From contig JBHJGN010000066.1 of the NCBI GenBank assembly GCA_050331735.1, forward strand, positions 23,532 to 87,531: a stretch of 64,000 nucleotides of DNA, read 5' to 3'. Of this stretch, positions 30,524-41,449 are shown one piece after another; position 1 is the stretch's first letter, and each line of letters starts with the position of its first letter. Source of the stretch: Cyanophyceae cyanobacterium. Its GTDB lineage: Bacteria; Cyanobacteriota; Cyanobacteriia; Cyanobacteriales; JBHJGN01. The notes beneath the pieces were generated by a model. The model did not search any database and was not told the DNA's origin. It saw only the letters and a list, made by a program, of their open reading frames with translations. Made by a program: the position numbers and the translations under genes.

Positions 30524-30727
30524 TCAGTCTTTCTTAACGACGGTATAGCCACTCACGTACTGTTGTCCGTTGGGTAGCGTTGTCCAGGTCCACTGAACGT
30601 CCTCATTCTCGGCAAGTTCAACGCTAATTACTGGAGCAATCAGGTGCTGAGAAGGTAAGATACCAGTTGGTTGAGGGGCAAAGACGGTTCGCTTGGAGTG
30701 GTGAGCAACTACTGAATAATTCATCAT
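30524..30727 (-). CDS. Small hypothetical protein
   Basis: 67-aa ORF with ATG and a plausible RBS (ACAGG); globular-looking C-terminus EDVQWTWTTLPNGQQYVSGY. Confidence 0.55.
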   Translation of the reverse strand: MMNYSVVAHHSKRTVFAPQPTGILPSQHLIAPVISVELAENEDVQWTWTTLPNGQQYVSGYTVVKKD

Positions 30728-30922
30728 TAATACCTGTCTAAATCGTCTGGAAATTATATTCTTACACGGAACCGTGAAGCAATTGCGTGGGCTGAGCGGA
30801 GGGTCAAATATTATTTAGATATAGTAATGGTTTCCATTGCTTGAATCAGGCTGTCAACCGCCACGGTTTGAGTAGTTGGTCGTTCTTGGGCGATCGCCTT
30901 TTCCTTAACTAGCTGCCGATTG

Positions 30923-31159
30923 CTACAGTCCTGAAGGCAAATTATCCATTAGAGCACCTAACATCTTCTGAAAACTTTGGCGGAACCCGACAGCCAATAA
31001 ACCGCAAGCCACCGTGGTTCCTGCCATGACCCACCAAAAATGATTAACGCGCCAGACTCCACCAAACAGGAGGAAAACAATCAGTCCAGCCCCGGCTCCT
31101 CCTAAAAATAGTAAAACTGTTTTGGCCATTTTCTTGATATTGCGTAGTTTTAGTTCCAT
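30923..31159 (-). CDS. Small two-TM hypothetical protein
   Basis: Two hydrophobic segments; GAGAGA upstream of the ATG. Confidence 0.55.
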   Translation of the reverse strand: MELKLRNIKKMAKTVLLFLGGAGAGLIVFLLFGGVWRVNHFWWVMAGTTVACGLLAVGFRQSFQKMLGALMDNLPSGL

Positions 31160-31401
31160 TTCGATCTCTCATTGTATAACCTGATTCTCTCTAGAGAATG
31201 GCATCGCAAATGGGCTGATTCCACGACAGTTTGCCTTCTTCTACTAGCATCCCGGCGGCGACACTGGAAAAGCGTTTTAGGAGTGCGCAATAACAATTTT
31301 TTCATCGGGGCAAATCTGACTATTTATTTCAGTTGGGAGCCGCTTAAAAACCGAGACTTTTTATGAGGCGATCGCTCCCAACGCAGATGCCTATTATCCT
31401 T

Positions 31402-32313
31402 CTATGGGTCAGGAACATGGTGAGTATGCCAGTGACGAGCGATATCAACCCGACGACAGAACCAAACCTTATCGTGACTCTGCACGTAATCCAAAAAACG
31501 TGCCAGCGCGGCGGCGCGTCCGGGACGACCGGACAATCGGCAGTGTAACCCCACACTCATCATCTTGGGAGCCGTTTCTCCTTCGGCATACAATACATCA
31601 AAGGCATCGCGAAGATAAGTAAAGAACTGCTCTCCTGAGTTGAAACCTTGATAGGTGACGAAACGCATGTCGTTGTTATCGAGGGTATAGGGAATTACCA
31701 AATGGGGACGGCTATAGTCTGCAACCCAGTAGGGCAAGTCGTCGGCGTAGCTATCGGCATCGTAGAGAAACCCTCCCGCTTCGACCACCAAGCGGCGAGT
31801 GTTCGGACTGACACGACCTTGGTAAAATCCCAGTGGACGACTGCCCGTAACCTGAGTATGAATTTCAATGGCTTTGTAAATATGCTCTCGTTCGGTCTCT
31901 TCGCCAACATATTGATAGTCAATCCAGCGATAGCCGTGGCTCGCGACTTCCCATCCGGCGGCAACCATTGCCTCAGCAGCAGCCGGGTTTCGCTCTAAAG
32001 CCATCGCTACCGCATAGACCGTCACGGGAATCTGGCGTTGGGTAAAGAGTCGGTGTAGCCGCCAAAAGCCAGCTCGACTTCCGTATTCGTACACCGATTC
32101 TACGTTGAGATTCCGCACTCCCATTAGCGGTGAGGCTCCGATAGTCTCAGATAAAAAGGCTTCTGAGGCCGCATCACCGTGCAAAATACAGTTTTCACCT
32201 CCTTCTTCATAGTTGATTACAATCTGGAGAGCGAGGTGAGAGTCATTGGGCCAGTGAGGGTGAGGCGGAGTTTGACCGTAGCCAATCAGGTCGCGGGGAT
32301 AGGAAGAAGTCAT
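31402..32313 (-). CDS. puuE: Allantoinase PuuE (polysaccharide deacetylase fold)
   Basis: YPRDLIGYG, INYEEGGE, ESVYEYGSRAGFWRL, SHGYRWI, PYTLDNND, GLHCRLSGRPGR. Confidence 0.93.
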   Translation of the reverse strand: MTSSYPRDLIGYGQTPPHPHWPNDSHLALQIVINYEEGGENCILHGDAASEAFLSETIGASPLMGVRNLNVESVYEYGSRAGFWRLHRLFTQRQIPVTVYAVAMALERNPAAAEAMVAAGWEVASHGYRWIDYQYVGEETEREHIYKAIEIHTQVTGSRPLGFYQGRVSPNTRRLVVEAGGFLYDADSYADDLPYWVADYSRPHLVIPYTLDNNDMRFVTYQGFNSGEQFFTYLRDAFDVLYAEGETAPKMMSVGLHCRLSGRPGRAAALARFLDYVQSHDKVWFCRRVDIARHWHTHHVPDP

Positions 32314-32344
32314 AGGTCAATTGAGTAAAACTCCTAGTTCACAT

Positions 32345-33220
32345 CTAGTACACTTCCGGGACAAAATTTTGCGTTTCTACCGGAGGGCGTTCGTATTCCA
32401 TCACTGTTTGTCTGGGGGGTAATTCAAGGGGAGCAGGCGTCGAATCTTGATAAGGAATTCGGCTGAGCAGATGACTGATACAGTTGAGCCGAGCGCGTTT
32501 TTTGTCGTCGGCATTGACGACGTACCAGGGGGATTCTGGGGTATCTGTGGCCGCAAACATATCATCTTTAGCCTTAGAGTATTCCATCCATTTTTCCCGT
32601 GATTTTAGGTCTATGGGGCTGAGTTTCCAGCGCTTAGTGGGGTCGTCAATCCGCGCCTGGAAGCGTCGTTCCTGTTCGGTATCGCTGACGGAGAACCAAT
32701 ATTTAATCAGAATAATTCCTGAACGCTGCAAGATCACCTCAAATTGGGGGCAGGAGCGCAAGAACTCTTTGTACTCTTTATAGGTGCAAAAGCCCATCAC
32801 TCGCTCTACACCGGCCCGATTGTACCAACTGCGATCGAAAAGAACCATTTCCCCGGCTGCTGGCAGATGGGCGACATAGCGCTGAAAATACCACTGGGTT
32901 TTTTCGCGATCGCTCGGTGTTCCGAGGGCGACGACGCGACAAACGCGGGGGTTAAGAGATTCGCTGATCCGCTTGATTACTCCTCCCTTGCCCGCAGCAT
33001 CTCGTCCTTCAAAAATAACGACGACCTTTAATCCCTGATGCTTGATCCACTCCTGGAGTTTGACGAGCTCGATTTGTAAACGGCGCAGTTCTTTTTCGTA
33101 GACTTTCTTCTTAATCTTTGGTTTGGGCGGCTCTTGTTCGGTTTTGACCTGTAGCACTCCATCTCGTCCTTCTTCTGAAGGGTCAAAAAGATTAACTTTC
33201 CCATTAATGCTATTTATCAT
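32345..33220 (-). CDS. ppk2: Polyphosphate kinase 2
   Basis: FEGRDAAGKGG, WYFQRY, FDRSWYNRAGVE, WKLSP. Confidence 0.95.
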   Translation of the reverse strand: MINSINGKVNLFDPSEEGRDGVLQVKTEQEPPKPKIKKKVYEKELRRLQIELVKLQEWIKHQGLKVVVIFEGRDAAGKGGVIKRISESLNPRVCRVVALGTPSDREKTQWYFQRYVAHLPAAGEMVLFDRSWYNRAGVERVMGFCTYKEYKEFLRSCPQFEVILQRSGIILIKYWFSVSDTEQERRFQARIDDPTKRWKLSPIDLKSREKWMEYSKAKDDMFAATDTPESPWYVVNADDKKRARLNCISHLLSRIPYQDSTPAPLELPPRQTVMEYERPPVETQNFVPEVY

Positions 33221-33434
33221 AACGTTTTCTTTTCCTGCGGTTTACAATTATTTAACCAGCTTATAAAGCTCTGGAGGAAGTAGGGGTATCGGGGACAACA
33301 AGAAAAGCAGAGCAAGATCAAGAAAAAGTTAAAGCGTGGTTGTTGCTAGATTAAGCTAGCTAGATAGGATGAGGAAGGGTTTGTCAACCCTATCGCTTCG
33401 TTAGTGGATGGAATGTTGACCAACGGTCACCGTT

Positions 33435-34058
33435 TTATCTTGTTAGAGAATGTTTTTGCAACTGCGTCTGATAGCTAGTTGGCGTGTTCATATCGATGAA
33501 GACTTCTGGCGTAGCAAATTCAACTTGAACGATTGAGTTTTGCTTACACTGTGCGCGCTCTCCATATTTCTGAACAATTTGACGCAAACCCAAAGTGGCA
33601 TCGCTGATGTTTTTTAAATCAGGTAATAGTCGATGAGAGAAAAGAAGAGGATGTCCTAGCTTACCTGCATGACTTGGGGCGGTAATTGAAGCATTTTTCT
33701 CTCGATGGACTTTGTAAAGAGTTTGATAAACGTGAGCAGAACGAGGCTGATCGACGGCAGAAATGAACAGAACAGTCCACAGCGGTAAAGCGGCTAAGCC
33801 TGTCAGAATAGAACTTGTTTTTCCTCGTTCTGGTGCCGGATTAATCACTACTTGACTGCCTTGTGGGCACTCTTTTTGGCGCTGAAGATTATGAGGTCCA
33901 AGAACGATAACGGGAGTAAAACCAGCTAGCAAAAACTGCTCCGCTTGATATTTTAAAAGAGTTCTACCCTGCCAAGGCAAAGTAGTTTTGCAGACCCCCA
34001 TACGCTGAGAAGCCCCTGCTGCCAAGATAATTGAAAAGTTAGAGTTGCTGTTGACCAT
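33435..34058 (-). CDS. Molybdenum cofactor cytidylyltransferase (MocA-like)
   Basis: ILAAGASQRMG..K, DQP, GHPLLF, DMNTP; downstream of xdhC. Confidence 0.82.
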   Translation of the reverse strand: MVNSNSNFSIILAAGASQRMGVCKTTLPWQGRTLLKYQAEQFLLAGFTPVIVLGPHNLQRQKECPQGSQVVINPAPERGKTSSILTGLAALPLWTVLFISAVDQPRSAHVYQTLYKVHREKNASITAPSHAGKLGHPLLFSHRLLPDLKNISDATLGLRQIVQKYGERAQCKQNSIVQVEFATPEVFIDMNTPTSYQTQLQKHSLTR

Positions 34059-34204
34059 ATAACAAGTAAAAGGTTTAGGGTGAGCTTAAAAAATTCAGAA
34101 TTGGTGCATTTTTATGATTAAAATTATCAAGTAAAACTTGTAGTAGAGAGAATATATACTATCAGCAATTAACAATCAACAGTAATTTACCCAGTTAAAA
34201 GACA

Positions 34205-35248
34205 CTATAAATGAACCTTTTGCTGAGCCAGGGTTGATTGCATCCTTTCCGAGAGAGACAAACCCGTTCCCCCACGACGAACTTTAATTAATTCGGCACA
34301 GATACTGACAGCAATTTCTTCTGGCGTTAGGGCACCAATGTCTAAACCGATAGGTGCGTAGAAATGTTTCAACTTTTCCCTCGGAATTTCTTGCCGCTGG
34401 AGTGCTTGGCAGATCATTCGGATCCGTTTTTGACTACCGATCGCACCAACGTATTGATATGCTAAGGGACGCTCTAGAATCGACTGCATAGCAATTAAGT
34501 CTTGTTGATACCCGCGCGTCACTAGCGCTATATAGAGTGGCGAAAACCGAGTCAGCCGATTCAAAGCCTCAGTAATTGGCATTGGCAATAGCAAAGCCTG
34601 GGGAAATCTTTGGCTTGTCACAAATTCTGGACGCTCGTCTTGGACCGCAATTTGAAAGCCTGCTATACTAGCGACTCGAGCTAAAGCAGCAGCAACATGA
34701 CCCCCACCGACAATCAATAAGCGGGGCGGCGGCTCAATCGTTTCAACAAAATAGTCAGCAGGGGGAGTGTGATGGGGGAGGCGATCGCTTCTATCCTCTG
34801 TAACCAGGTAGGGTGGTTGATTGGCTGCTAAAGGCGTGACCAGCTTTCCCGCTTTTCCCGTCGCCAAAAGATGAAGAATCTGTTCGACAAGGGCGATCGC
34901 CTCCTCTCCTATTCGCGCCAACCATACCTGCACTGTGCCTCCACAAACTCCCTGAATATCCCTTCCCGGCGCACCAGTCAGATCGATGTTTACAAGCTGA
35001 TTCCTGCCTGTTTCTAATACTGACAGTGCTTGTTGAATTACTTTTCCTTCTCCTGCACCCCCGCCGATGGTGCCGATAATTGTTCCAGCTTGACAAATCA
35101 TCATCTTTGCGCCTACTTCCCTTGGCGCAGAACCAGTCACCTTAACGATAGTCGCTAACACGACTGGTTCTCGTTCTAGTTTTGCTTTCAGTTGTTGATA
35201 GAAAGCGCGGTCGCTAGTCACCGGATAGTAGAATGAGCTTTTGTCCAT
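34205..35248 (-). CDS. xdhC: Xanthine dehydrogenase accessory protein XdhC/CoxI
   Basis: GSAPREVGAKM, GTIGGG, CGG, GGGHVA, YVGAIGS, PIGLDIGALTPEEIAVSI. Confidence 0.9.
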   Translation of the reverse strand: MDKSSFYYPVTSDRAFYQQLKAKLEREPVVLATIVKVTGSAPREVGAKMMICQAGTIIGTIGGGAGEGKVIQQALSVLETGRNQLVNIDLTGAPGRDIQGVCGGTVQVWLARIGEEAIALVEQILHLLATGKAGKLVTPLAANQPPYLVTEDRSDRLPHHTPPADYFVETIEPPPRLLIVGGGHVAAALARVASIAGFQIAVQDERPEFVTSQRFPQALLLPMPITEALNRLTRFSPLYIALVTRGYQQDLIAMQSILERPLAYQYVGAIGSQKRIRMICQALQRQEIPREKLKHFYAPIGLDIGALTPEEIAVSICAELIKVRRGGTGLSLSERMQSTLAQQKVHL

Positions 35249-35327
35249 GCAGTATACGCCAGGTCTTATAGTGTTTCTATCGGTTTTTCAGGTTAGTCAA
35301 CGGCTCACAGCCGCTACACTAAGCTGC

Positions 35328-35999
35328 TTAGGAGTGGCTATGAATCGCTGGAGGCTGCATGGAGTCTTGAGGGGCGACAGAGGAACTCCAAAGATTTCGG
35401 AGAGAGGAAAGGGCAAGAAGTAGAAAGGCAATGGCACAAGCTCGATAAGTTAAATGTGTCCAAGTCATTCCCGCTTTCTGGAACACTTGGGCAACAAGTC
35501 CAGCACAGAAAAATGCCCAAAGAATTGACGACACCATAAAGCCCGTGAAAAAGACTAAGTAATGACTGACTGTAGGCTCGCTAATGCCCACAGCGCCCAT
35601 CGCACTGCCTAAAGCGGCCCAGTATGCAACATTTTGAGGATTGGTAACGGATAGTAAAACACCCGAACGCAACGCTTTCTTACGATCAGTGCTGACGTTG
35701 GCTTGAACAATAAATTTCTTATTGGCCTCTTGCCACGCATCCCAAGCTAGCCATAGCAAATAAATTACACCAGCAATTCCCACTGAAAAGCGCAGGAAGT
35801 CCACCTGTAACAGAAAGCCAACGCCTGCTAAACCAAGCACAGCCCACAGAGCATCTCCGCTCAAGGAACCAAGTTGAACGGCTAAAGCGGGTTTAAATCC
35901 ACCTCTCGTTCCTTGGCAAATCGTTTCTGCGAAAACGGCTCCAGGGGCAGCGTTAAAAATGAATCCTAGAAGCAGTGCAGTCCAGAAAAGTGTGAACAT
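35328..35999 (-). CDS. LysE/RhtB family exporter (ChpE-like)
   Basis: FNAAPGAVFAE, GSLSGD, YLLWLAW, TNPQN. Confidence 0.85.
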   Translation of the reverse strand: MFTLFWTALLLGFIFNAAPGAVFAETICQGTRGGFKPALAVQLGSLSGDALWAVLGLAGVGFLLQVDFLRFSVGIAGVIYLLWLAWDAWQEANKKFIVQANVSTDRKKALRSGVLLSVTNPQNVAYWAALGSAMGAVGISEPTVSHYLVFFTGFMVSSILWAFFCAGLVAQVFQKAGMTWTHLTYRACAIAFLLLALSSLRNLWSSSVAPQDSMQPPAIHSHS

Positions 36000-36295
36000 C
36001 AGGTTTCAATTAATGATGGTCAAATTAGTAGCAGAGCGGTATGCAAGAGAATTGGTACTTTTATAGATTATGCAACGAGACAATAATACCTTTACTTTAC
36101 GCTAGACAAGAAAGACAGTAGTTAACTAAATATTAAAAATTTACTTATCAGAAAAGCAGTTCCTCCTAACATTGCTACTGTAAAGGCAGTCTTCAACAAT
36201 ACGAATAAAACCCTGAATGGGCTATGCTTAAAATTTTTAGCTTCTTCTTTAAAAAGTGCGACAAAATCTTCTCTTATTTTGTTTAATCTAATCAT

Positions 36296-36508
36296 CTAAA
36301 ATACGTTTACACTAGCAAGCAAAATGAGTAATCCAAAGGGAAGGAGTCGTGAAGCCACAGTTTTTTCTCCTGAAAATAGCTGTTGAAAAGCAATTGGCAA
36401 TACCTTCAACGGCTCAGCTAATTTAGCCCAAGCCCAAGGAAGGGCAGGAGTCCAAAAAACAAGTACGGTGGCTCTGTTGACGATCGAATTGAACTTGTAG
36501 TTATCCAT
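36296..36508 (-). CDS. Hypothetical small membrane protein or gene remnant
   Basis: 70-aa hydrophobic ORF in an AT-rich stretch. Confidence 0.3.
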   Translation of the reverse strand: MDNYKFNSIVNRATVLVFWTPALPWAWAKLAEPLKVLPIAFQQLFSGEKTVASRLLPFGLLILLASVNVF

Positions 36509-36526
36509 AGTTTACTCTGTCAATCT

Positions 36527-37024
36527 TTATTTCAGTGGATGATATCCGACTAGCTGTCGCAGCTTTATCTCTGTCGTATTGAAAACAGTAATAGCGATCG
36601 CCAGGGCAGTACAGTTAATGCTATTTTTATCAATTCTGTTAGTAAATACATACTGTCTTAAAGCTTCAACTGTAACGATGCCGCCTTCGATTGCCTCAAT
36701 TTGAACTTTAAATCTATATAGTAAGCTCATGCCTACAAGCGGTTCTGTCTCTGATGCCGCCACATCAACAACTTTGATCTGCCCATCCCAAATTACGCTT
36801 GCACGGTACATATCAAAGATGACTTCACTGCCATCTCCTAGTGTCCCAACGTTACGGAATATCCAAGGTAGTCGGAGTGACGCAACTGTAGAGAGTGGCA
36901 GAGCAAGAAAACCTGTGAAACCTGTGTCAATTACTGCCTCAACCATTTGCTTCGGGGCATCAGCATTACCAACCGCAATCCGAATGATAGCTTCACAATG
37001 CTGATTCACGAAGCCCTGCATCAT
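36527..37024 (-). CDS. Clan AA (retropepsin-like) aspartic protease, AF_0612 family
   Basis: EAVIDTGF catalytic motif, TLGDGS, PLVGMSLL; about 40 extra residues after VTVEALR. Confidence 0.82.
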   Translation of the reverse strand: MMQGFVNQHCEAIIRIAVGNADAPKQMVEAVIDTGFTGFLALPLSTVASLRLPWIFRNVGTLGDGSEVIFDMYRASVIWDGQIKVVDVAASETEPLVGMSLLYRFKVQIEAIEGGIVTVEALRQYVFTNRIDKNSINCTALAIAITVFNTTEIKLRQLVGYHPLK

Positions 37025-37030
37025 GATTGA

Positions 37031-37297
37031 TTACTTGAGACTTCGAGAACCAAAACGATAAACTGCACGATGTCCAATCCGAATCACCCAGGGTTGAGCA
37101 TCGGGATAGCGCTTATAGAGTTGCTCAGTTGCCATAATTGGCGTGTCAGCTACTTCAAACGCTCCTGTTTCAATGTCGATCGCAACAATTTTTCCATCGT
37201 TGCCTTCCTCAACGTGGAGACGCACCTGAGATTCATACATTTCCTGACCGCGTCGTGCAAATTCCTCCTTGCTGTAGCGGGGTTGTCGAAGCATCAT
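37031..37297 (-). CDS. Small conserved protein (DUF5678-like) partnering the aspartic protease
   Basis: RYSKEEFARRGQEMYE..GKIVAIDIETG..RIG; 6 bp upstream of the protease. Confidence 0.7.
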   Translation of the reverse strand: MMLRQPRYSKEEFARRGQEMYESQVRLHVEEGNDGKIVAIDIETGAFEVADTPIMATEQLYKRYPDAQPWVIRIGHRAVYRFGSRSLK

Positions 37298-37406
37298 AAA
37301 AGCGTTCTCGTTTTACCTTTCCCCTACATCTTATAAAAGCCTATGTGGTTTCGGTCATGCAGTAGAATTGAAAATTTTAGAGCTTCCTCTACTCACGCTC
37401 TAACCG

Positions 37407-40145
37407 TCATCCTGCTTCTTGAAGCGCTTGCCAGACCCGTTCGGGAATCATCGGTAGCTGCCGCAGTCTTACCCCTGTCGCGTTGGCAACCGCATTAGCG
37501 ATCGCCGGAGCCGTACAATTAGTTCCAATCTCCCCAATTCCTTTCGCCCCGAAGGGTCCGTAGGGATCGGCTTTTTCTACTAAGAACACGTCCATCGGTG
37601 GCGCATCGGTAGCGGCGGGGATGCGATAGGTCCGCAAATAGGGATTGAGAATTTTGCCTCGCTCATCGATGCGTAATTCTTCGGCAAGGGCATAGCCCAA
37701 GCCCATAATAATACCTCCGGTAGCCTGCCCGTGGCAAATTCTGGGGTTGATGGCCGTCCCAACATCGATAGCTTCCACGCAGCGCAGAACTTTGATCCGT
37801 CCAGTTTCGGTATCGACTTCGACTTCTACCCCCATAAAGGCAAAGGTTAACGACGAATTATCGGAGGTGTGTTCTAGTTCTACTTCTAGAGGTTTGCCTC
37901 GTTCAGCGGCAATTTGGGCTAATTCCTTAAGCGTGAGTTTAGCCGAGGGGGAAGTAATATAATCGTTATCCAGCTCTAATTGGTCAGCCTTTGCTGCTAA
38001 AACCTCTGCCGCACCCTGGAGGAGATGCGATCGCAATTTACTCGCCGCTAAATTCACCGCCTGACCAGAGATAAAGGTGGTTGCCGAAGCGTAAGAACCA
38101 GCATCAAAGGGAGTCTGATGAGTATCGGCAGCAATGAGGTCAATCTTCTCAACTGTTGTGCCTAAAACTTGAGCCGCAATTTGTCTTAACGTGGTATCCG
38201 AACCCGTCCCTACATCCACAGCCCCCGTTTTTAGTTGATAGCGTCCATTCGGCTGCAATGAAAGATTCACTCTCGCCCGGTGGATTTTTGCTAATCCACT
38301 CGCCTGCATCGTCGCTGCAAACCCAACGCCTCGCCGCAGAGGGCCATTTGGTTTTTGTTGAGGCTGATAGTTTAGTGCCTGAGTGACTTTCTCGATACAT
38401 TCCGTCAGCGCATAGCTGCCAACGATGTGAAAATGTTCTTCTCTGCCAATTAAGATTTCATCTGCGGCAGTGATAAAGTTCTGCTGGCGGAAGGCGATCG
38501 CATCGATGTTTAGTTTCGCCGCAATTTCATCTAGCTGCGACTCTACGGCAAACGTGCCTTGGGTTGCCCCGTAGCCTCGCATCGCGCCAGCAGGCATCGT
38601 ATTGGTATAGACTACGGTTCCCTGAAAGCGCTGGTGCGCACAGCGATACAAACCGAGAGGAAAGCAGCCTGTTAAAAAAATGACGGTTTCGCCGTGATTG
38701 CCATAAGCCCCTGTATTAGAAACCGCTGCCATTTCTTGGGCAACAATCGTGCCATCGGTCTTCACCCCAGTTTTGAGATGAATCTTCATCCCGTGACGGC
38801 TGTTGGTGGCGGTAAATTCTTCTTCTCTGGTTAGTCGCCACTGTACGGGCTGCTTGAGGTGCAGCGTTGCTAACGCGCAGAGATCTTCTGTCAGGATCTC
38901 CTGTTTGTTGCCAAACCCTCCCCCGAGGTGGGCTTTATAAACTCGCACTTTTTCTGGAGACAGGTCAAACAGTTCTGATAGCAGCCTTTGGCAGTGAAAA
39001 GGAACTTGGGTACTAGAACGAACAACGAGTGTACCCTCTTCATCTACCCAACTAATGCTGACGTGCGGTTCGAGATGAACGTGCTGTACGGGCGGGACAC
39101 GGTAGGTATTTTCAACAATTAAATCTGCTTGGGCAAACCCTTCTTCTAAATTGCCTTTTTCTAGAAGGACTTCTCCGGCAATGTTGCGGGCAGCATCTTT
39201 AATCTGACTCGATTCGGTTTCGTCGTGAATAACGACTTGCCCCTGCATCGCTTCATCGGGATCGACAACGTGGGGTAAGATTTCGTAATCTACTTCAATT
39301 AAATCGCAAGCCAGGGTAGCGATCGCCTCGGTATCCGCAACGACTGCTGCCACGCGATCACCGATGAAGCGCACTTTGTTATCTAGCAAGTAATGGTCAA
39401 ACGGATCGGGGACGGGTGCGCCGTGTCCGGCGGTACTGTAGGCGCGACGGGATACATCTTCGTGAGTAAAAATTGCCCGTACTCCTTCTAGGGCTTTGGC
39501 TTGACTCGTATCGATGCGCCGAATCCGGGCATGGGGATGAGGCGATCGCACCACTTTGAGGTGTAGCAATCCCGGAGGCGACCAGTCGGCAGTATAGATG
39601 GGTTTCCCGGTGACAATATCGGGACCATCCTGTTTGCGAACGCTTTGCCCCACTTGTCCTGCGACTTCGGTTAGCTGGATCTGCTGTACTGAATTGCAGC
39701 CTGCCTCTTCATTGCCTTGCAAAATGCTGTCGATAATCGACTGATAGCCCGTACAGCGACAAAGGTTGCCTTCTAATTCGCCTCGTAACTCGGCTTCTGT
39801 GTCATAGTTGAGCTTGGTGGCGGTCATAATCATGCCCGGCGTACAGTAGCCACACTGAAACCCCTGCCCTGCTAAAAAAGCCTCCTGCATCGAGGTTAAA
39901 CCACTGGTTGCCAATCCTTCAATGGTTGTCACCTGATGACCATCAACGCGCCTAGCTGGATAGAGGCAGCTATGAATCGGCTGATCGTCTAGCCACACCG
40001 TACAGCTACCGCAATCGCCCGCTTCGCAAACGCGATGAACTCCCTTATAGCCTAGATTCCGTAGTAAGCTTAGGAGGCTCGTTCCAGGATCGCAGCTAGT
40101 TTCGTGATTCTGGGCATTGACTTGAAAATTGAGAGCATCAGACAT
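37407..40145 (-). CDS. Xanthine dehydrogenase family 2Fe-2S plus molybdopterin-binding fusion subunit
   Basis: CEAGDCGSC..SC and QCGYC..NLCRC Fe-S motifs; GGGFGNK, AMRGYG, GSYAS, KGIGE. Confidence 0.92.
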   Translation of the reverse strand: MSDALNFQVNAQNHETSCDPGTSLLSLLRNLGYKGVHRVCEAGDCGSCTVWLDDQPIHSCLYPARRVDGHQVTTIEGLATSGLTSMQEAFLAGQGFQCGYCTPGMIMTATKLNYDTEAELRGELEGNLCRCTGYQSIIDSILQGNEEAGCNSVQQIQLTEVAGQVGQSVRKQDGPDIVTGKPIYTADWSPPGLLHLKVVRSPHPHARIRRIDTSQAKALEGVRAIFTHEDVSRRAYSTAGHGAPVPDPFDHYLLDNKVRFIGDRVAAVVADTEAIATLACDLIEVDYEILPHVVDPDEAMQGQVVIHDETESSQIKDAARNIAGEVLLEKGNLEEGFAQADLIVENTYRVPPVQHVHLEPHVSISWVDEEGTLVVRSSTQVPFHCQRLLSELFDLSPEKVRVYKAHLGGGFGNKQEILTEDLCALATLHLKQPVQWRLTREEEFTATNSRHGMKIHLKTGVKTDGTIVAQEMAAVSNTGAYGNHGETVIFLTGCFPLGLYRCAHQRFQGTVVYTNTMPAGAMRGYGATQGTFAVESQLDEIAAKLNIDAIAFRQQNFITAADEILIGREEHFHIVGSYALTECIEKVTQALNYQPQQKPNGPLRRGVGFAATMQASGLAKIHRARVNLSLQPNGRYQLKTGAVDVGTGSDTTLRQIAAQVLGTTVEKIDLIAADTHQTPFDAGSYASATTFISGQAVNLAASKLRSHLLQGAAEVLAAKADQLELDNDYITSPSAKLTLKELAQIAAERGKPLEVELEHTSDNSSLTFAFMGVEVEVDTETGRIKVLRCVEAIDVGTAINPRICHGQATGGIIMGLGYALAEELRIDERGKILNPYLRTYRIPAATDAPPMDVFLVEKADPYGPFGAKGIGEIGTNCTAPAIANAVANATGVRLRQLPMIPERVWQALQEAG

Positions 40146-40347
40146 AGATTTTTGTTGATGGTTGATGGTTGATTGCTGTGTATCTCAGTGAAAAAAATTT
40201 GTTGATGGTTGAGTGCTATCTGTCTACTGCGCTTGTGTGGCTAAGTATAAGAAAGGCGATCGCGGTCGAGGGCGGTTTGGGATGGATGTGAAATTCACCT
40301 ACATAGTCGTGACAAGACAATGAACGATCAACCCACCCATCAACAAG

Positions 40348-41184
40348 CTAGAATCTCCGTTCATATTTCATCCCTGTCGTCAATTCGGTTACGGTGCGCT
40401 GCATCAAAACCTTGGTAATATGCTGACGATAGGGAGCGCTGGCTCTTTCGTCGTCTAAGTAGTCTTCAGCGGGAATCTGAGCGAGGGCTGCTGCGATCTC
40501 TGCTGCGGTGGGAATCGAGGCAACTTCGACTAAGCGCGGTGCGATGACGCTGCCGCCAATGCCAAAGCGGATTTGTGCGGTAGCCTTATTGTAGGCCGCG
40601 ACAACAATGGCGATCGCATATCCTGCTGTTGCTACCGCCATGCGCTTAAAACTGGTTTGCCAGCCGATTAAATTCTCTGCGGGGATCCAAATTTTCCGCA
40701 GCACCTCTCCTGGCTTCAGCATCGTTTGTTGCGGTGCTGTTTGAAAATCGATTGCCTGAACTTGGTAGGGCTCACCTCGAGGATGCCAGATTTCGTAGCG
40801 AGCCTTTAACGCTACCAGCACTGGGGCAAACGTGCTAGCACTCAATGCTAAGCAAACGTTGCCTCCTACTGTTGCCCCGTTCGATAATTTAAAGGAAGCC
40901 AGTTCTCTCACGGCATCTTTGAGAGCTGCTGTCGCTGTCCACTCGCTAGGAAACGCAAAATCTAAGAGAGCGTTTTGCAGACACATAGCACCAATTACTA
41001 CCCCCTGGGCAGACACCTCTATTTCTGTCCAGCCTAACTGCTGCATATCGACTAGAGTTTTGATCTGGGGTTGAGGTTCGTTAAAGATCCAGGTTCCACC
41101 AGCAAGCCAGGCCCATTCTGGTTGCCAATCTACCTCTTGCAGCGTCTTTGGCTGTAAATAGGTTTCCACTCTATGTAGGTCCAT
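40348..41184 (-). CDS. Xanthine dehydrogenase family FAD-binding subunit
   Basis: LAGGT, ATVGGN, D..ASAPYR; upstream of the Moco subunit. Confidence 0.88.
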   Translation of the reverse strand: MDLHRVETYLQPKTLQEVDWQPEWAWLAGGTWIFNEPQPQIKTLVDMQQLGWTEIEVSAQGVVIGAMCLQNALLDFAFPSEWTATAALKDAVRELASFKLSNGATVGGNVCLALSASTFAPVLVALKARYEIWHPRGEPYQVQAIDFQTAPQQTMLKPGEVLRKIWIPAENLIGWQTSFKRMAVATAGYAIAIVVAAYNKATAQIRFGIGGSVIAPRLVEVASIPTAAEIAAALAQIPAEDYLDDERASAPYRQHITKVLMQRTVTELTTGMKYERRF

Positions 41185-41449
41185 TATTTTTGCCTATGTT
41201 TTATTAAAACCCTTGGCTATTAGCTTCTAGCTAGGGCTGATTTCTCTTCACTATCCAAATAAAATTTTTCTAACTCGTAATTTCTTCTCGTTCTCTGAGC
41301 AAGCTGCTCGCTATTCGCCGTAGGCTATTTCAATCAAGCCGATGCGTAACCTGTCAGTATTCGGGGCTAAGCCCTCAATCTAAAACTATTTTTATGGCTT
41401 ATAAATGTTGTTGACATTTTTAACTGATTCTTTTTAGTAAAGATTGTTA

